A DNA stretch of 64,000 nucleotides from an uncultured Gemmatimonadales bacterium (GCA_963771275.1 CAVYSW010000010.1:704001-768000); one strand, 5' to 3'. Shown: positions 9,903 through 20,635, counted from the stretch's first letter. Numbers and translations are program-made. Notes: generated from the letters alone by a model not told the origin.

Positions 9903-11128
9903 GCGGCCTCCAGGGCGACCAGCGTCTCGACGTGGCTCGTTTGGGGGAACAGGTCATACGCCACAACCTGCCGTACGGCGAAGCTCGGCAGTCGCGCCAG
10001 GTCGCGGGCCACGGTGGCGGGGTCGCAGGACACGTAGGCGACGCGCAGTCCTGCTGTGCGCTCCCCCGCCAGACGCTCGAGCGCCTGCGTCACGCGGGCA
10101 TGCGCCCCGGTGCGCGGTGGGTTCATCAAGACCGCGTGTGGCCGGGGCAGCCGTGGGAGCACCTCCTCCACGAGACCCTGGACGTAGGTGGGCGGGTTCG
10201 CGCCGGGCTGCCGCACTGCCCATTCGACGGCGCTGCGGTCGATCTCGACACTCCACACCGATGCGCCGGTCTCCGCAAGACACCGGGCCCCCTCCCCCAC
10301 GCCACCATAGAGGTCCCAGACCGTCATGCCGGGGCCCGGTGCCAGGGCGGCGACCGCGGCCGCGCGGATCGCGCCGGCCAGGACGGGATTGGCCTGCTCG
10401 AAGGCGAGCGCGGGAAAGCCGGTCACCGGCCCGGCCACGACCCGCGCCGCCCCGGCGGCGGGGCGCCACCAGTAGCTGACGTCGGCCCGGCCGACCGCCG
10501 CCGCCAGGGGCGCGGCGTCCCAGACCGGTGGTGCGCTGTGCGCGATCACGTGGACGCCACCTGCCCGATCCACGCGCAGGGCGATGTCCCGGACCTCCGG
10601 CGGCAGCAGACGCCGGTGGGCGCCTACGGCGGCCCACAGCTGCATCAGCCGCTCGTCGGTGATGGGACAGTCCACGAGGTCGAAGACCGCGTCCGGCCGC
10701 TCCACCTGGTGGAGGCCGATGTGCTCCCCGCCGGGGCCGGCCGTCAGGGTGATCTTCGTACGGTAGCGCCAGGCGGTCGGGGACGGGACGATGACGGGGT
10801 CCGCGAGGTCGCGCCGGCCGATTCGCCGGAGCGCCTCGCCGACGAGGACCTGCTTGGCCGCGAGCTGGGCCGCCGCAGCGAGGTGCTGCAGCTGACAACC
10901 GCCACAGGCGTCGCGCGAGTAGTGCGCGCAGGCCGGCATCACCCGGTCCGGCCCCGGCGCGCGCAGCTCGAGGGCGCGGGCGCGCGCATGGCGCCGTCGG
11001 CGCTGGGTGATCTCCACGGCGACCTCGTCCCCCGGGGCCGTGCGCGGCACGAACACCGCCATGCCGTCTGCGAGCCGGCCCACCCCATCGCCGCCGGCGG
11101 CGATGCCGCGGATGTGGACGACCGTCAT
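9899..11128 (-). CDS. rlmD: TRAM-domain RNA uracil-5-methyltransferase (RlmD/TrmA family)
   Basis: CAHY...CGGCQLQH Fe-S motif, DLYGGVG, NPPRTG, YVSCDPAT, DLFPQTSHVE. Confidence 0.88.
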   Translation of the reverse strand: MTVVHIRGIAAGGDGVGRLADGMAVFVPRTAPGDEVAVEITQRRRRHARARALELRAPGPDRVMPACAHYSRDACGGCQLQHLAAAAQLAAKQVLVGEALRRIGRRDLADPVIVPSPTAWRYRTKITLTAGPGGEHIGLHQVERPDAVFDLVDCPITDERLMQLWAAVGAHRRLLPPEVRDIALRVDRAGGVHVIAHSAPPVWDAAPLAAAVGRADVSYWWRPAAGAARVVAGPVTGFPALAFEQANPVLAGAIRAAAVAALAPGPGMTVWDLYGGVGEGARCLAETGASVWSVEIDRSAVEWAVRQPGANPPTYVQGLVEEVLPRLPRPHAVLMNPPRTGAHARVTQALERLAGERTAGLRVAYVSCDPATVARDLARLPSFAVRQVVAYDLFPQTSHVETLVALEAA

Positions 11129-12618
11129 CGCAGACCCCGCTGCCGCGCGACGCGCATCCATGGGCTGTCCGCGCCCGGCGTGGAGGTACCCGTTGTCACC
11201 GTGTTGCGGGCCTCGTGCTCCGCCAGCGCCGCCGCCAGGACCACCCGCTCGAGCGTGTCGCGGTCCGGCTCGGCCGCGAGCAGGCCTTTCCCCACCCTGT
11301 CCAGGTAGCCGATGTCGTACTCGCCACGCACGAACCCCGGCTCATCCATGACCCGCCGATGGAATGGCTGCGAGGTCGGGACCCCCACGATCAGCAGCTC
11401 ATCGAGCGCGCGGCGCATCCGCCGGATGGCCACCGCCCGCGACTCCCCCCATACGATCAGCTTTCCGAGCAGCGGGTCGTAGAACACGCCGACCTCGTTG
11501 CCCACCTCCACTCCCCCGTCCCACCGGACCCCGGGTCCCGAGGGGATGCGCAGGAACGCAATGGTCCCGGTCGCCGGCAGGAAGTCACCGTAGGGGTCTT
11601 CGCTGGTGATGCGGCACTCAAGCGCATGTCCCCGGGGCTGCAGGCCTCCGCGGATCCCGGTGGCGTGGCCCGCCGCGATGCGGAGCTGCTCGCGCACCAG
11701 GTCGACGCCGTAGATCATCTCGGTCACGGGGTGCTCGACTTGAATCCGCGTGTTCATCTCCAGGAAGTAGAACCGCCCCGCCTGATCGAGGAGGAACTCG
11801 ACCGTGCCGGCGCTGCGGTAGCCCACGGCCGCCGCCGCGCGGACGGCGGCGTCGCCGATCCGCGCCCGGAGGTCGGCATCGACGACCGTCGACGGCGCCT
11901 CCTCGATGAGCTTCTGATGCCGACGCTGGACGGAGCACTCCCGCTCGCCGAGGTGGACCACGTGGCCGTGGCCGTCCGCCAGCACCTGCACCTCGATGTG
12001 CCGTGGGCGCTCGAGCAGCTTCTCGACGTAGACCGCCCCGTCGCCGAACGCGGACTGCGCCTCCGAGACCGCCGCGCGGAACGCCGCGGCCAGCTCGTCG
12101 GGCGATGCCACCTGGCGCATCCCCTTCCCGCCACCGCCGGCCACCGCCTTGAGGAGGATGGGGTAGCCGACGCGCTCGGCAATCGCCAGGCCGTCCGCGG
12201 CGCGGGTCAGCGGTGTCGTGGTCCCCGGCACCACCGGGACTCCGGCCGCCTCCATGCGGCGACGCGCCTCGGTCTTCTCCCCCATCGCCCGGATCGCCGC
12301 TCCGGGAGGCCCGATGAACACCAGGCCCGCCGCCTCGACCGCGTCGGCGAAGTGTGCCCGCTCGGCCAGGAACCCGTAGCCCGGATGCACCGCGTCGGCT
12401 CCGGTCCGGGCCGCCGCGTCGAGCAGCCGTTCGACGTTGAGGTAGGACTCGCGGGCGGGCGGCGGTCCGATTTCCACCGCCCGGTCGGCGGCGCGCACGT
12501 GTGGGCTCTGGCGATCCGCTTCCGAGAATACCGCGATCGCCTCGAGATCCTCCTCGTGGCAGGCCCGCACGATCCGGCAGGCGATCTCGCCTCGATTGGC
12601 GATCAGAACGCTACGCAC
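11125..12618 (-). CDS. accC: Biotin carboxylase subunit of an acyl-CoA carboxylase
   Basis: LIANRGEIA, HPGYGFLAE, GGGGKGM, RECSVQRRHQKL, EMNTRIQVEHPVTE. Confidence 0.95.
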   Translation of the reverse strand: MRSVLIANRGEIACRIVRACHEEDLEAIAVFSEADRQSPHVRAADRAVEIGPPPARESYLNVERLLDAAARTGADAVHPGYGFLAERAHFADAVEAAGLVFIGPPGAAIRAMGEKTEARRRMEAAGVPVVPGTTTPLTRAADGLAIAERVGYPILLKAVAGGGGKGMRQVASPDELAAAFRAAVSEAQSAFGDGAVYVEKLLERPRHIEVQVLADGHGHVVHLGERECSVQRRHQKLIEEAPSTVVDADLRARIGDAAVRAAAAVGYRSAGTVEFLLDQAGRFYFLEMNTRIQVEHPVTEMIYGVDLVREQLRIAAGHATGIRGGLQPRGHALECRITSEDPYGDFLPATGTIAFLRIPSGPGVRWDGGVEVGNEVGVFYDPLLGKLIVWGESRAVAIRRMRRALDELLIVGVPTSQPFHRRVMDEPGFVRGEYDIGYLDRVGKGLLAAEPDRDTLERVVLAAALAEHEARNTVTTGTSTPGADSPWMRVARQRGLR

Positions 12619-12707
12619 ACTCGCACCTCCGCCCGCGGGACCACGCGACGCTGCGCAGCCGGTCCGGCCGGCAATCCGCCGGTCTGCGTTTGTGCGGTCC
12701 CGCGGCC

Positions 12708-14258
12708 CTACAGCGGGATGTTGCCATGCTTCTTCGGCGGGGCGGCATCTCGCTTGGTGAGCAGCGTCTCGAGCGCGGAGATCAGGCGGGGCCGGGTCTC
12801 GCGCGGGTCGATCACGTCATCGAGGAACCCGCGCGCCGCGGCCTCGTAAGGGTGGGCGAACTTCTCGCGGTAGTCCGCCACCAGCTCGTCGAGCCGGGCC
12901 TGCGGGTCGGCCGCGGCCGCGATCTCGCGCCGGAACAGGATCTCCGCCGCGCCCTTGGGGCCCATGACGGCAAGCTCGGCGCTGGGCCACGCCACGTTGT
13001 AGTCGCCGCCGACGTGCTTCGAGCTCATGACGTCGTAGGCGCCGCCGTACGCCTTGCGCGTGATCACCGTCAGCTTGGGGACCGACGCTTCGGCGTAGGC
13101 GTAGAGCAGCTTGGCCCCGTGCATGATGATGCCGCCGTGCTCCTGCTCGACACCCGGCAGGAAGCCGGGCACGTCCTCGAACGTGACGAGCGGAATGTTG
13201 AACGCGTCGCAGAACCGCACGAAGCGCGCCCCCTTACGCGACGCGCGGATGTCGAGCACGCCGGCCAGCACCGCCGGCTGGTTGGCGATCACCCCAACCG
13301 GATGCCCCCCCAGCCGCGCGAACCCGACGATGAGGTTCTGCCCGAAGTCCCGGTGGACCTCGAGCACTTCCCCGTCGTCGACGACGCGCCGAATCACGTC
13401 GTGCATGTCGTACGGCTTGTTGGGGTTGTCGGGCACGACCGTGAGCAACTCCTCGTCCCGCCGGTCGGGCGGATCATGCGCCGGACGGCGGGGGGGGCCG
13501 TCGAGGTTGTTGCTCGGCAGGAAGCCGATGAGACGGCGGATTTCCGCGAGACACTCGATCTCGGAATCGAGCACGAACTGCGCGACCCCCGACACGGATC
13601 CATGCACGTCGGCACCGCCCAGCTCGTCGGACGTGACGTCCTCGTGGGTCACGGTTTTCACCACGTTGGGCCCGGTCACGAACATGTACGACACCCCGCG
13701 TACCATGAACACGAAGTCCGTGATCGCGGGGCTGTAGACCGCGCCGCCGGCGCACGGTCCGAGAATCGCGCTGATCTGCGGCACCACGCCGGACGCGCGG
13801 GTGTTGCGATAGAAGATGTCCGCGTAGCCACCCAGCGAGACGACCCCCTCCTGGATGCGGGCGCCGCCCGAATCGTTGAGCCCGATGACGGGCGCACCGT
13901 TCCGCACCGCCAGGTCCATCACCTTGCAGATCTTCTGCGCGTGGGCTTCGGCGAGCGATCCGCCGAACACCGTGAAGTCCTGAGAGAAGACGTAGACGAG
14001 TCGGCCGTCGATCCGCCCGTAGCCCGTGACCACGCCGTCGCCGAGCGGCTTCTGGGTCTCGAGTCCGAACCCGGTGGCGCGGTGGGTGACGAAGCGGTCG
14101 AACTCCACGAAGGAGCCCTGATCGAGCAGCATGTCGATCCGCTCCCGCGCGGTGAGCTTGCCCTTGTCGTGCTGGGCGCCGATGCGCTCGGCGCCGCCGC
14201 CCTGCTCCGCCTCGTCCCGCAGGCGCTGCAGCCGTTCCAGCTTGGGGTCCATGGTCAT
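12708..14258 (-). CDS. pccB: Acyl-CoA (propionyl-CoA-type) carboxylase carboxyltransferase beta subunit
   Basis: [52 protein letters not shown]. Confidence 0.92.
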   Translation of the reverse strand: MTMDPKLERLQRLRDEAEQGGGAERIGAQHDKGKLTARERIDMLLDQGSFVEFDRFVTHRATGFGLETQKPLGDGVVTGYGRIDGRLVYVFSQDFTVFGGSLAEAHAQKICKVMDLAVRNGAPVIGLNDSGGARIQEGVVSLGGYADIFYRNTRASGVVPQISAILGPCAGGAVYSPAITDFVFMVRGVSYMFVTGPNVVKTVTHEDVTSDELGGADVHGSVSGVAQFVLDSEIECLAEIRRLIGFLPSNNLDGPPRRPAHDPPDRRDEELLTVVPDNPNKPYDMHDVIRRVVDDGEVLEVHRDFGQNLIVGFARLGGHPVGVIANQPAVLAGVLDIRASRKGARFVRFCDAFNIPLVTFEDVPGFLPGVEQEHGGIIMHGAKLLYAYAEASVPKLTVITRKAYGGAYDVMSSKHVGGDYNVAWPSAELAVMGPKGAAEILFRREIAAAADPQARLDELVADYREKFAHPYEAAARGFLDDVIDPRETRPRLISALETLLTKRDAAPPKKHGNIPL

Positions 14259-14290
14259 GGTCCGCTCGTGGTCCACCGGTCCTGAAAGCA

Positions 14291-14348
14291 CGCCCGCCGG
14301 CGACGCCGCCGAGGCGGCACCGCCGGCGGCGTCCGGCAGGGGCGGGCG
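14291..14348 (-). terminator. GC-rich stem-loop downstream of rpsA
   Basis: Nested inverted repeats CGCCCGCC/GGCGGGCG and GACGCCGCCG/CGGCGGCGTC; weak U tail. Confidence 0.45.
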
Positions 14349-16127
14349 CTACGCGTCTGCGGGGGCGTCGTCGACGGCGGGGTCCAGCGACGGCTCCTCG
14401 ACGGGCTCCGGCGCCGGGGTCACCGGCTCCGCGGGCTGCCGAGGCTGGCTAGTGGCCGCGAGCACGATCTTGTGATGGATCGGATCCACCTCCATCACCT
14501 TCACGTCGACGCCCCACCCTTCCTTCGCCACTTCCTCGATCCGGCGATTCTCCGGCGTGGGGAACTGACTCGCCGGGATCAGCCCTTCGATGTCATTCCC
14601 GACGTCGACCACCACCGTGTTGTCGAGCACGCGGACGATGCGCCCCTCGAGATCGGTGCCGACCGGATAGTCTTCGCCGATCTTGAGCCACGGATCGTCC
14701 TTGGCCTGCTTGAGGCCGAGGGAGATCCGCTTGTTGTCCGCGTCGATGTTGAGAATCACCACGTCGACGGTGTCGCCCTTCTTCACGATCTCCGACGGGT
14801 GCTGCACGCGCTTCGTCCAGGACATGTCGGAGATGTGGATCAGCCCGTCGATTCCGGGCTCGATCTCCACAAAGGCCCCGAACGACGTCAGGTTGCGCAC
14901 CTTGCCGGTGATCCGGGTGCCGACGGGATACTTCATCGGCAGCATCATCCAGGGATCCTGCTCGGTCTGCTTCATGCCGAGCGAGATCTTCTCCTCCTGC
15001 GGATCGACCTTGAGCACCACGGCCTCGATCGTCTCGCCGATGGAGACGATCTTCGACGGGTGGCGCACGTTGCGGGTCCAGCTCATCTCGCTGATGTGCA
15101 CCAGGCCCTCGATCCCAGGCTCGAGCTCCACGAACGCGCCATAGTTCGTGATCGACACGACCTTCCCCTGCACGCGCACGCCAACCGGGTACTTCTCGGC
15201 GACGTTTTCCCACGGGTAGGCTTGGAGCTGCTTGAGACCGAGCGAGATCCGCTCGCGCTCCCAGTCGATGTCGAGGACCTTGACCTCGAGCTCCTGTCCC
15301 AGCTCCACCATCTCGGAGGGGTGGGACACCCGGCCGTAGCTCATGTCGGTGATGTGCAGCAGCCCGTCCACGCCGCCCAGGTCGATGAACGCCCCGAAGT
15401 CCGTGATGTTCTTGACGATGCCTTTCCGCACCTGGTCGACCGCCAGCTCCTTCATCAAGTGGCCGCGCTTCTCGGCCCGCTCCGTCTCGAGGATCACCCG
15501 GCGGGACACGACGATGTTGCGGCGGCGCTTGTTGAGCTTGATGATCTTGAAATCGAACGACTGGCCGAGCAGCTCGTCGATGTTGGGCACACGCCGGAGC
15601 GCGATCTGGCTGCCGGGGAGGAAGGCGTCCACGCCCATGAGATCCACCACCACGCCCCCCTTGATCTTCTTCTGCAGCGTGCCGCGCACCGGCTCGTCGC
15701 TCTCGTACGCGTGCCGGATCTTCTCCCACACGCGCATGAAATCGGCCTTCTTCTTCGAGAGCACGACCGCCCCGTCCTGGTCTTCCAGCCGCTCGAGGAA
15801 CACCTCGACCTCGTCACCGGACTGGAGCTTCGTGGGGTCCTTGAACTCGTCGATCGGGACCGCGCCCTCGGACTTGAAGCCGACGTCGAGGATGACGTGC
15901 GTGTCGGTCACGCGCAGTACCTTGGACCGGACGATCTCGCCTTCCACGATGCTCTGGAGCGTTCCCTCGTACAGCGCGAGCATCTGCTCGTACTGCTCCG
16001 GTGAGTAGTCCTCGTCGAGCAGGTCGGCACGCACGTTGATCGGGGAGTTGGGCTGGCCCGGCGACCGTGCAGCGGGGGGGGTGGGGGTGGGGGTGGGGTT
16101 CGGGGTTTCGGTTGACGGCTCGGACAT
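14349..16127 (-). CDS. rpsA: 30S ribosomal protein S1
   Basis: Six S1 repeats (DVGFKSEG, FLPGSQI, TDFGAFIDLGGVDGLLHI, GIEGLVHISEMSW); downstream of cmk. Confidence 0.98.
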   Translation of the reverse strand: MSEPSTETPNPTPTPTPPAARSPGQPNSPINVRADLLDEDYSPEQYEQMLALYEGTLQSIVEGEIVRSKVLRVTDTHVILDVGFKSEGAVPIDEFKDPTKLQSGDEVEVFLERLEDQDGAVVLSKKKADFMRVWEKIRHAYESDEPVRGTLQKKIKGGVVVDLMGVDAFLPGSQIALRRVPNIDELLGQSFDFKIIKLNKRRRNIVVSRRVILETERAEKRGHLMKELAVDQVRKGIVKNITDFGAFIDLGGVDGLLHITDMSYGRVSHPSEMVELGQELEVKVLDIDWERERISLGLKQLQAYPWENVAEKYPVGVRVQGKVVSITNYGAFVELEPGIEGLVHISEMSWTRNVRHPSKIVSIGETIEAVVLKVDPQEEKISLGMKQTEQDPWMMLPMKYPVGTRITGKVRNLTSFGAFVEIEPGIDGLIHISDMSWTKRVQHPSEIVKKGDTVDVVILNIDADNKRISLGLKQAKDDPWLKIGEDYPVGTDLEGRIVRVLDNTVVVDVGNDIEGLIPASQFPTPENRRIEEVAKEGWGVDVKVMEVDPIHHKIVLAATSQPRQPAEPVTPAPEPVEEPSLDPAVDDAPADA

Positions 16128-16203
16128 GGTACCCGCTCCCTGCTGCCAGGGGTCATAAGGTGAATATGCCCCCCCCGACTGCCGGGAGAGGCGAGATGCG
16201 GGA

Positions 16204-16232
16204 AGGCTAGACCGCGGCGTCGGCTATGTCAA
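16204..16232 (-). promoter_or_regulatory. sigma70 promoter for rpsA, overlapping the cmk 3' end
   Basis: TTGACA-N17-TAGCCT on the minus strand. Confidence 0.7.
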
Positions 16233-16914
16233 GCGAGGAGAAGGTCTTCCGGGCCAGCGACACGATGTGGCGGACCTGCTGCTCAAACGTCATGCCGGTG
16301 GTATCCAGCAGGACCGCGTCGGCTGCCTGACGCAGCGGTGCCACGGCCCGGGTCGAGTCGGCGTGGTCGCGCGCGGCAAGCCGACGCGCCTCCTCGGCCA
16401 CCGCTTCCCGACTGGGGGCGTGCCCGTCCTGCAACAGGCGACGACGGGCCCGGGACTCGGGCGACGCCGTGAGGAACACCTTGAGCTGCGCGTCCGGAAA
16501 CACGACGGTCCCGATGTCGCGGCCGTCGGCCACCACGCCGCGCGGGTGCTGCGCCGCCGCCGCGTGGAGCAAGCGGTTGGCGAACGCGCGCACGTCCGGC
16601 AGCGCCGACACCGCGGACACGTGCGCGGTCACGTCGGGCCGGCGGACCGCGCTCGAGACATCCACCCCGGCCGCTTCCGGACGGAATCCGGCTGCGGCAT
16701 ACGTGAGACGCACCGGCAGCGACTCGGCGAGCGCGGCAATCCGCTGTCCCTCGAGCGGGATGGCGGCATCCAACGCGGCCAGGGTGAACGCCCGATAGAG
16801 CGCGCCGCTCTCGAGGTGGGCGAACCCGAGCTGCTCGGCAACCGCCTGTGCCGTGGTGGACTTGCCGGACCCGGCCGGCCCGTCAATCGCGACGACGTTG
16901 GGGTGTGCGGGCAT
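16207..16914 (-). CDS. cmk: Cytidylate kinase
   Basis: AIDGPAGSGKST, GALYR, DGRDIGTVVFP, RDHADSTRAVAPL; ATG 16914. Confidence 0.96.
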   Translation of the reverse strand: MPAHPNVVAIDGPAGSGKSTTAQAVAEQLGFAHLESGALYRAFTLAALDAAIPLEGQRIAALAESLPVRLTYAAAGFRPEAAGVDVSSAVRRPDVTAHVSAVSALPDVRAFANRLLHAAAAQHPRGVVADGRDIGTVVFPDAQLKVFLTASPESRARRRLLQDGHAPSREAVAEEARRLAARDHADSTRAVAPLRQAADAVLLDTTGMTFEQQVRHIVSLARKTFSSLDIADAAV

Positions 16915-18214
16915 CGATCCCCTCGAGATCCTCGAAGAAGGCCGGATAGCTGACGGCCGGTGACGTCCGTTCCGAGAGGCGCACGGCGGCGCCGGGAACG
17001 GTCCCAAGCACCGCGAACGCCATCGCCAGCCGGTGATCGCCTGCCGTGTCGACCGATCCGCGCGGGGGGTTGGTGCTCCCCCGCACCACGAGATCCTCTC
17101 CGGCAACCGTCGCCTGAGCGCCGACGGCCCGCAGGTTGGCGGCGAGGAGCCCGAGCCGGTCGCTTTCCTTGACGCGCAGCTCCCCGACGGAGCGGAACGC
17201 CGTCTCGCCCCGAGCCCGGGACGCCAGAACGGCCAATATGGGCACTTCGTCGATCAGCGACGGGACCTCGTCCGCCGCCACCTCCACCCCACGGAGGTCC
17301 GCGGGACGCACCACGAGATCGCCGATCGGCTCACCCGCGACGGTGCGCAGGGACACGACCGGAATCGTCGCCCCCATCCGCTCGAGCACGCGGAGGAATC
17401 CAATCCGCGTCGGATTCACGCCGACGCCTCCGAGCGTCAACTCCCCGTCCTCCGCAAGCACCCCGGCGGCCACAAGGAACGCCGCAGCGGACGCATCCCC
17501 GGGAACGACCAGATCGAGGTCACGCAGGGTGGCCAGCCAGTCGCCGGCCTCGTCAAGGTGCACCGCGGTACCGCGCTGCGCCAATGGGGCGCCGAGCGCC
17601 GCGAGCAGCCGCTCGGTGTGGTCCCGGGACTTCGCCGGCTCGTCGACCTCCACCGCGACGCCTCCCACCAGCCCGGCAAACAGCAGCGCGCTCTTCAGCT
17701 GCGCGCTTGCCACCGGGAGACGCCACGTCAGCGGCACCAACGGGCCGCCGCGGATCCGGAGGGGCAGTCCGTCGCCGCGCTCCTCGATGATGGCGGCGCC
17801 CATGCGTCGCAGAGGCTCCGTGACCCGCCGCATCGGTCGTTGCCGCAACGAGCGATCGCCGATGAGACGCGCCGCAAACGGGCGGCCGGCCAGCAGGCCG
17901 AGGAGGAGGCGCGCGGTGGTACCCGAGTTGCCGCAGTGCAGCGCCGCAGCAGGGGGTCGCCACAGCCCGCCCCGCACGACGACATCGATCCCGGCACGCA
18001 CCGTCCCGACCTGCACGCCCAGCTGGCGCAGCACCCGCGCCGTGCTGCGTACATCTTCGGACGCCAGGGCGCCCCGCACGAGGCTCTCGCCCCGCGCGAG
18101 GCTCGCCAGCATGAAGGCGCGGTGCGTGATGCTCTTGTCGCCCGGGACCCGGACCGTCCCGCCGACCCTCACGGTCCGAGCCGCCGCCGCCAGGCCGCGG
18201 CCGCGTCGAGCCAT
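16883..18214 (-). CDS. aroA: 3-phosphoshikimate 1-carboxyvinyltransferase (class II)
   Basis: PGDKSITHR, GNSGTT, SAQLKSA, RDHTE, ELRVKESDR, DHRLAM; start may be slightly downstream. Confidence 0.97.
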   Translation of the reverse strand: MARRGRGLAAAARTVRVGGTVRVPGDKSITHRAFMLASLARGESLVRGALASEDVRSTARVLRQLGVQVGTVRAGIDVVVRGGLWRPPAAALHCGNSGTTARLLLGLLAGRPFAARLIGDRSLRQRPMRRVTEPLRRMGAAIIEERGDGLPLRIRGGPLVPLTWRLPVASAQLKSALLFAGLVGGVAVEVDEPAKSRDHTERLLAALGAPLAQRGTAVHLDEAGDWLATLRDLDLVVPGDASAAAFLVAAGVLAEDGELTLGGVGVNPTRIGFLRVLERMGATIPVVSLRTVAGEPIGDLVVRPADLRGVEVAADEVPSLIDEVPILAVLASRARGETAFRSVGELRVKESDRLGLLAANLRAVGAQATVAGEDLVVRGSTNPPRGSVDTAGDHRLAMAFAVLGTVPGAAVRLSERTSPAVSYPAFFEDLEGIDARTPQRRRD

Positions 18215-19008
18215 CCGCCCAGGGCCACCAGGTCGCCGTCCGCGAGGGCCCGCCGCAGCCCCCCGAGCGAGGCCTCACAGCAGTCGAGCGCGTCGAGCAC
18301 GGCGCTGCGATTGAGCAGCAGCACCTCGGGCCAGGCCGCCGCGTCGCCGTCGGCCACCCGCGCCACATCGTGTGCCACGGGTCCGTACGTAACCCCGCGC
18401 GGCCCATGCCCTGCGAGCGCGTGCGCCACGGCAAGGGCGATGGCCTGCGGCAGGTGACTGGTCCGCGCCACGATCACGTCGTGGTCCGCTGCATCCACCA
18501 TCACCGGCTCCGCTTCGAGCACGGAGGCCCAGAAGTCCGCCACTTCCCGGGCCACCCCATCGCCGTCCGCCGTGGGGGTGACATACACCAGCGCACCGAC
18601 GAACCGTCGCGCCTCGGCTCCGGCGAAGCCCCGCCGCTGGCTGCGGACGAGCGGATGCGAGCCGGCGAATTGGGCGGCCAGTCCGAGCCGGCGCGCCGCG
18701 TCCATCACGGGGGCCTTCACACTCGCCACGTCGGTACATACCGCGCCCTGCCCCAGGTGCGTGCGCGCTTCGGCGAGCAGCGTGAAGACCGCAGCCGGCG
18801 GCACCGCGAGCACCACCAAGTCCGCATGGCGCATGACGTACGCCGCGGACGACGCAAGCTCCGTCACCGCCCCCGCCCGGACGGCTGCGACCCCTTCCGC
18901 GGGCCGTCGGGTGTAGCCGAGCACGCGACGCACGCCGCCACTGGCCTGACGCGCAATCGACCCGCCGATGGCGCCCAAGCCGATGATTCCGAGGGTGTCG
19001 GGCAGCAT
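18169..19008 (-). CDS. tyrA: Prephenate/arogenate dehydrogenase
   Basis: GLGAIGGS, DVASVK, GSHP, TSHLP; adjacent to aroA. Confidence 0.85.
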   Translation of the reverse strand: MLPDTLGIIGLGAIGGSIARQASGGVRRVLGYTRRPAEGVAAVRAGAVTELASSAAYVMRHADLVVLAVPPAAVFTLLAEARTHLGQGAVCTDVASVKAPVMDAARRLGLAAQFAGSHPLVRSQRRGFAGAEARRFVGALVYVTPTADGDGVAREVADFWASVLEAEPVMVDAADHDVIVARTSHLPQAIALAVAHALAGHGPRGVTYGPVAHDVARVADGDAAAWPEVLLLNRSAVLDALDCCEASLGGLRRALADGDLVALGGWLDAAAAWRRRLGP

Positions 19009-19066
19009 GGTGAGTGGAAGATAGCGGCGCGGTGCCGGTCTCCGCCGCTGGCGTCGCGCCTCCGGC

Positions 19067-19354
19067 CTAGCGCGCGAGGAGAACGCCCGCGAGAGTCACG
19101 AGCAGCGTTCCCGCGGCGTACCACCCCAGGCGCCTGCCGCGCTCGATCGCCACGAGCAGGACGAGCACGAGGAACGGCGTCGCAATCACCGTCACGATCG
19201 CCGCGCCGCTGAGCAGCTCGCCTACGGCGTTCTCGGACCCGGGTCGCCAAGCGCGGAGCACGGGATCCAGCACGACGCCCACGAACGCCGCCGCCACGGC
19301 GGCCAGGAGCGCAACCCGCAATACTCGCACGGCGACCGCGTGCGCGTCACCCAC
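19067..19354 (-). CDS. Small membrane protein (DUF1634-like partner of TauE)
   Basis: About three hydrophobic segments and IATP motif; GTG start overlaps the TauE gene end. Confidence 0.6.
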   Translation of the reverse strand: MGDAHAVAVRVLRVALLAAVAAAFVGVVLDPVLRAWRPGSENAVGELLSGAAIVTVIATPFLVLVLLVAIERGRRLGWYAAGTLLVTLAGVLLAR

Positions 19355-20108
19355 CGTGAACGCCTCGCAGCACCATGCGGATCGCCATGTAGAGGAGGAG
19401 GACGGCCAACCCGCGCTTGAGCCAGCTCGCGTCGATCCGGTGGCTGGCTGCCGATGCGACGGTCGCGCCAATCAGGACGCCGAGCATGGCGGGCGCCGCG
19501 ACCTGCGGGGAGACGTCACCGCGGGCGAAATAGACGAGCACCCCCGAGCCGGCCGTCACCCCGATGAGATAGATGGACGTTGCCGCCGCCTTGTGAAAGT
19601 CGAGGCCCACGACCAGGTGGAGCAGCGGAGTGAACACGATCCCCCCACCCACGCCGAGCAGGCTCGACACCCCGCCCGCCGCGAGCGAGCCGGCGGACGC
19701 GACCCACGCGTGACCGCCGGACGACGCGGGCGCCGGGCGGGGCACGCTCCGGGGCCAGTTGCGCCAGGCCGCGACGAGCAGGAGCGCACCGAACGCGAAG
19801 AACACGAACGCCCCGGGGACGCGGGTGGCCACCAGCCCCACCGCCACGGCCCCGACGACGGCGAAGAACTGCAGCTGGACGCAGGACGAGACGTCGATCT
19901 GCCGCCGAGAAAACTGGACCGCCGAGCCCGCGACCGACGTTGCCACCACGCACACCAGACTGGTCCCGACGGCGCTGTGAATCGGGAGTCCGGCGATGAA
20001 CACGAGCGCCGGGACGAGGATGATCCCCCCACCGACACCGAGCAGGGCGCCGAGCGCTCCGGCCACGGCTCCGACTCCCAGCAGCTCGCCGACGACGATG
20101 ACACTCAT
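19347..20108 (-). CDS. Sulfite exporter TauE/SafE family permease
   Basis: Duplicated LLGVGGG motifs, AVGTSL / AAATS, about 8 TM segments. Confidence 0.9.
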   Translation of the reverse strand: MSVIVVGELLGVGAVAGALGALLGVGGGIILVPALVFIAGLPIHSAVGTSLVCVVATSVAGSAVQFSRRQIDVSSCVQLQFFAVVGAVAVGLVATRVPGAFVFFAFGALLLVAAWRNWPRSVPRPAPASSGGHAWVASAGSLAAGGVSSLLGVGGGIVFTPLLHLVVGLDFHKAAATSIYLIGVTAGSGVLVYFARGDVSPQVAAPAMLGVLIGATVASAASHRIDASWLKRGLAVLLLYMAIRMVLRGVHGG

Positions 20109-20239
20109 GGCGCCCGGAATCAAACGTACCGCGGAACAGCCGCAAGGCACCCCGCAGGACCGCCGATTTCGCGGTATGTTGACGGGGTTCGGATGGCGAG
20201 CTGCTCAGGGGATAACCGGAGAAGGGGAGGCGAACGCTG

Positions 20240-20635
20240 ATGACCATGCCTGAACGAGCGCAGTCCCGCGAGGGCTGGACGGTGAGCCGAATCAACTACC
20301 TCACGAGCACGACGTTTGCGCTCCCCGGGTACCGGATCGCCGAGAACCTCGGCGTGGTCCGGGGGGTCGTGGTCCGGTCCCGCTCGATCGTCGGCACGGG
20401 CCTGGCCGCGTTTCAGACGGTGTTCGGCGGCAACATCTCGCTGTTCACCGAGCTCTGCGAGCGCACGCGCGCGGACGCGTTCGACCTCATGGTGCGCCAC
20501 GCCGTCGACGCCGGAGCGAACGCGGTGGTGGGCGTGCGGTACGACGCGACGGACATCATGCGGGGTGTCACGGAAGTGCTGTGCTACGGGACGGCGGTGG
20601 TGGTGGAGGAGGAAAGCTCGGGCAAGCGTCCCTAG
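20240..20635 (+). CDS. YbjQ / UPF0145 family protein
   Basis: LPGYRI...LGVVRG...GANAVVGVRYD...EVLCYGTAV. Confidence 0.9.
   Translation: MTMPERAQSREGWTVSRINYLTSTTFALPGYRIAENLGVVRGVVVRSRSIVGTGLAAFQTVFGGNISLFTELCERTRADAFDLMVRHAVDAGANAVVGVRYDATDIMRGVTEVLCYGTAVVVEEESSGKRP

Noticed and set aside
11215..16008. Long plus-strand ORFs (11215..12849, 12501..14285, 14472..16004)
   Set aside because: Antisense shadows of accC, pccB and rpsA caused by high-GC codon bias; no recognisable motifs
16074..16105. G-tract array (possible G-quadruplex) at the rpsA 5' end
   Set aside because: Explained by CCC/ACC codons of a Pro-Thr linker on the coding strand; no independent support
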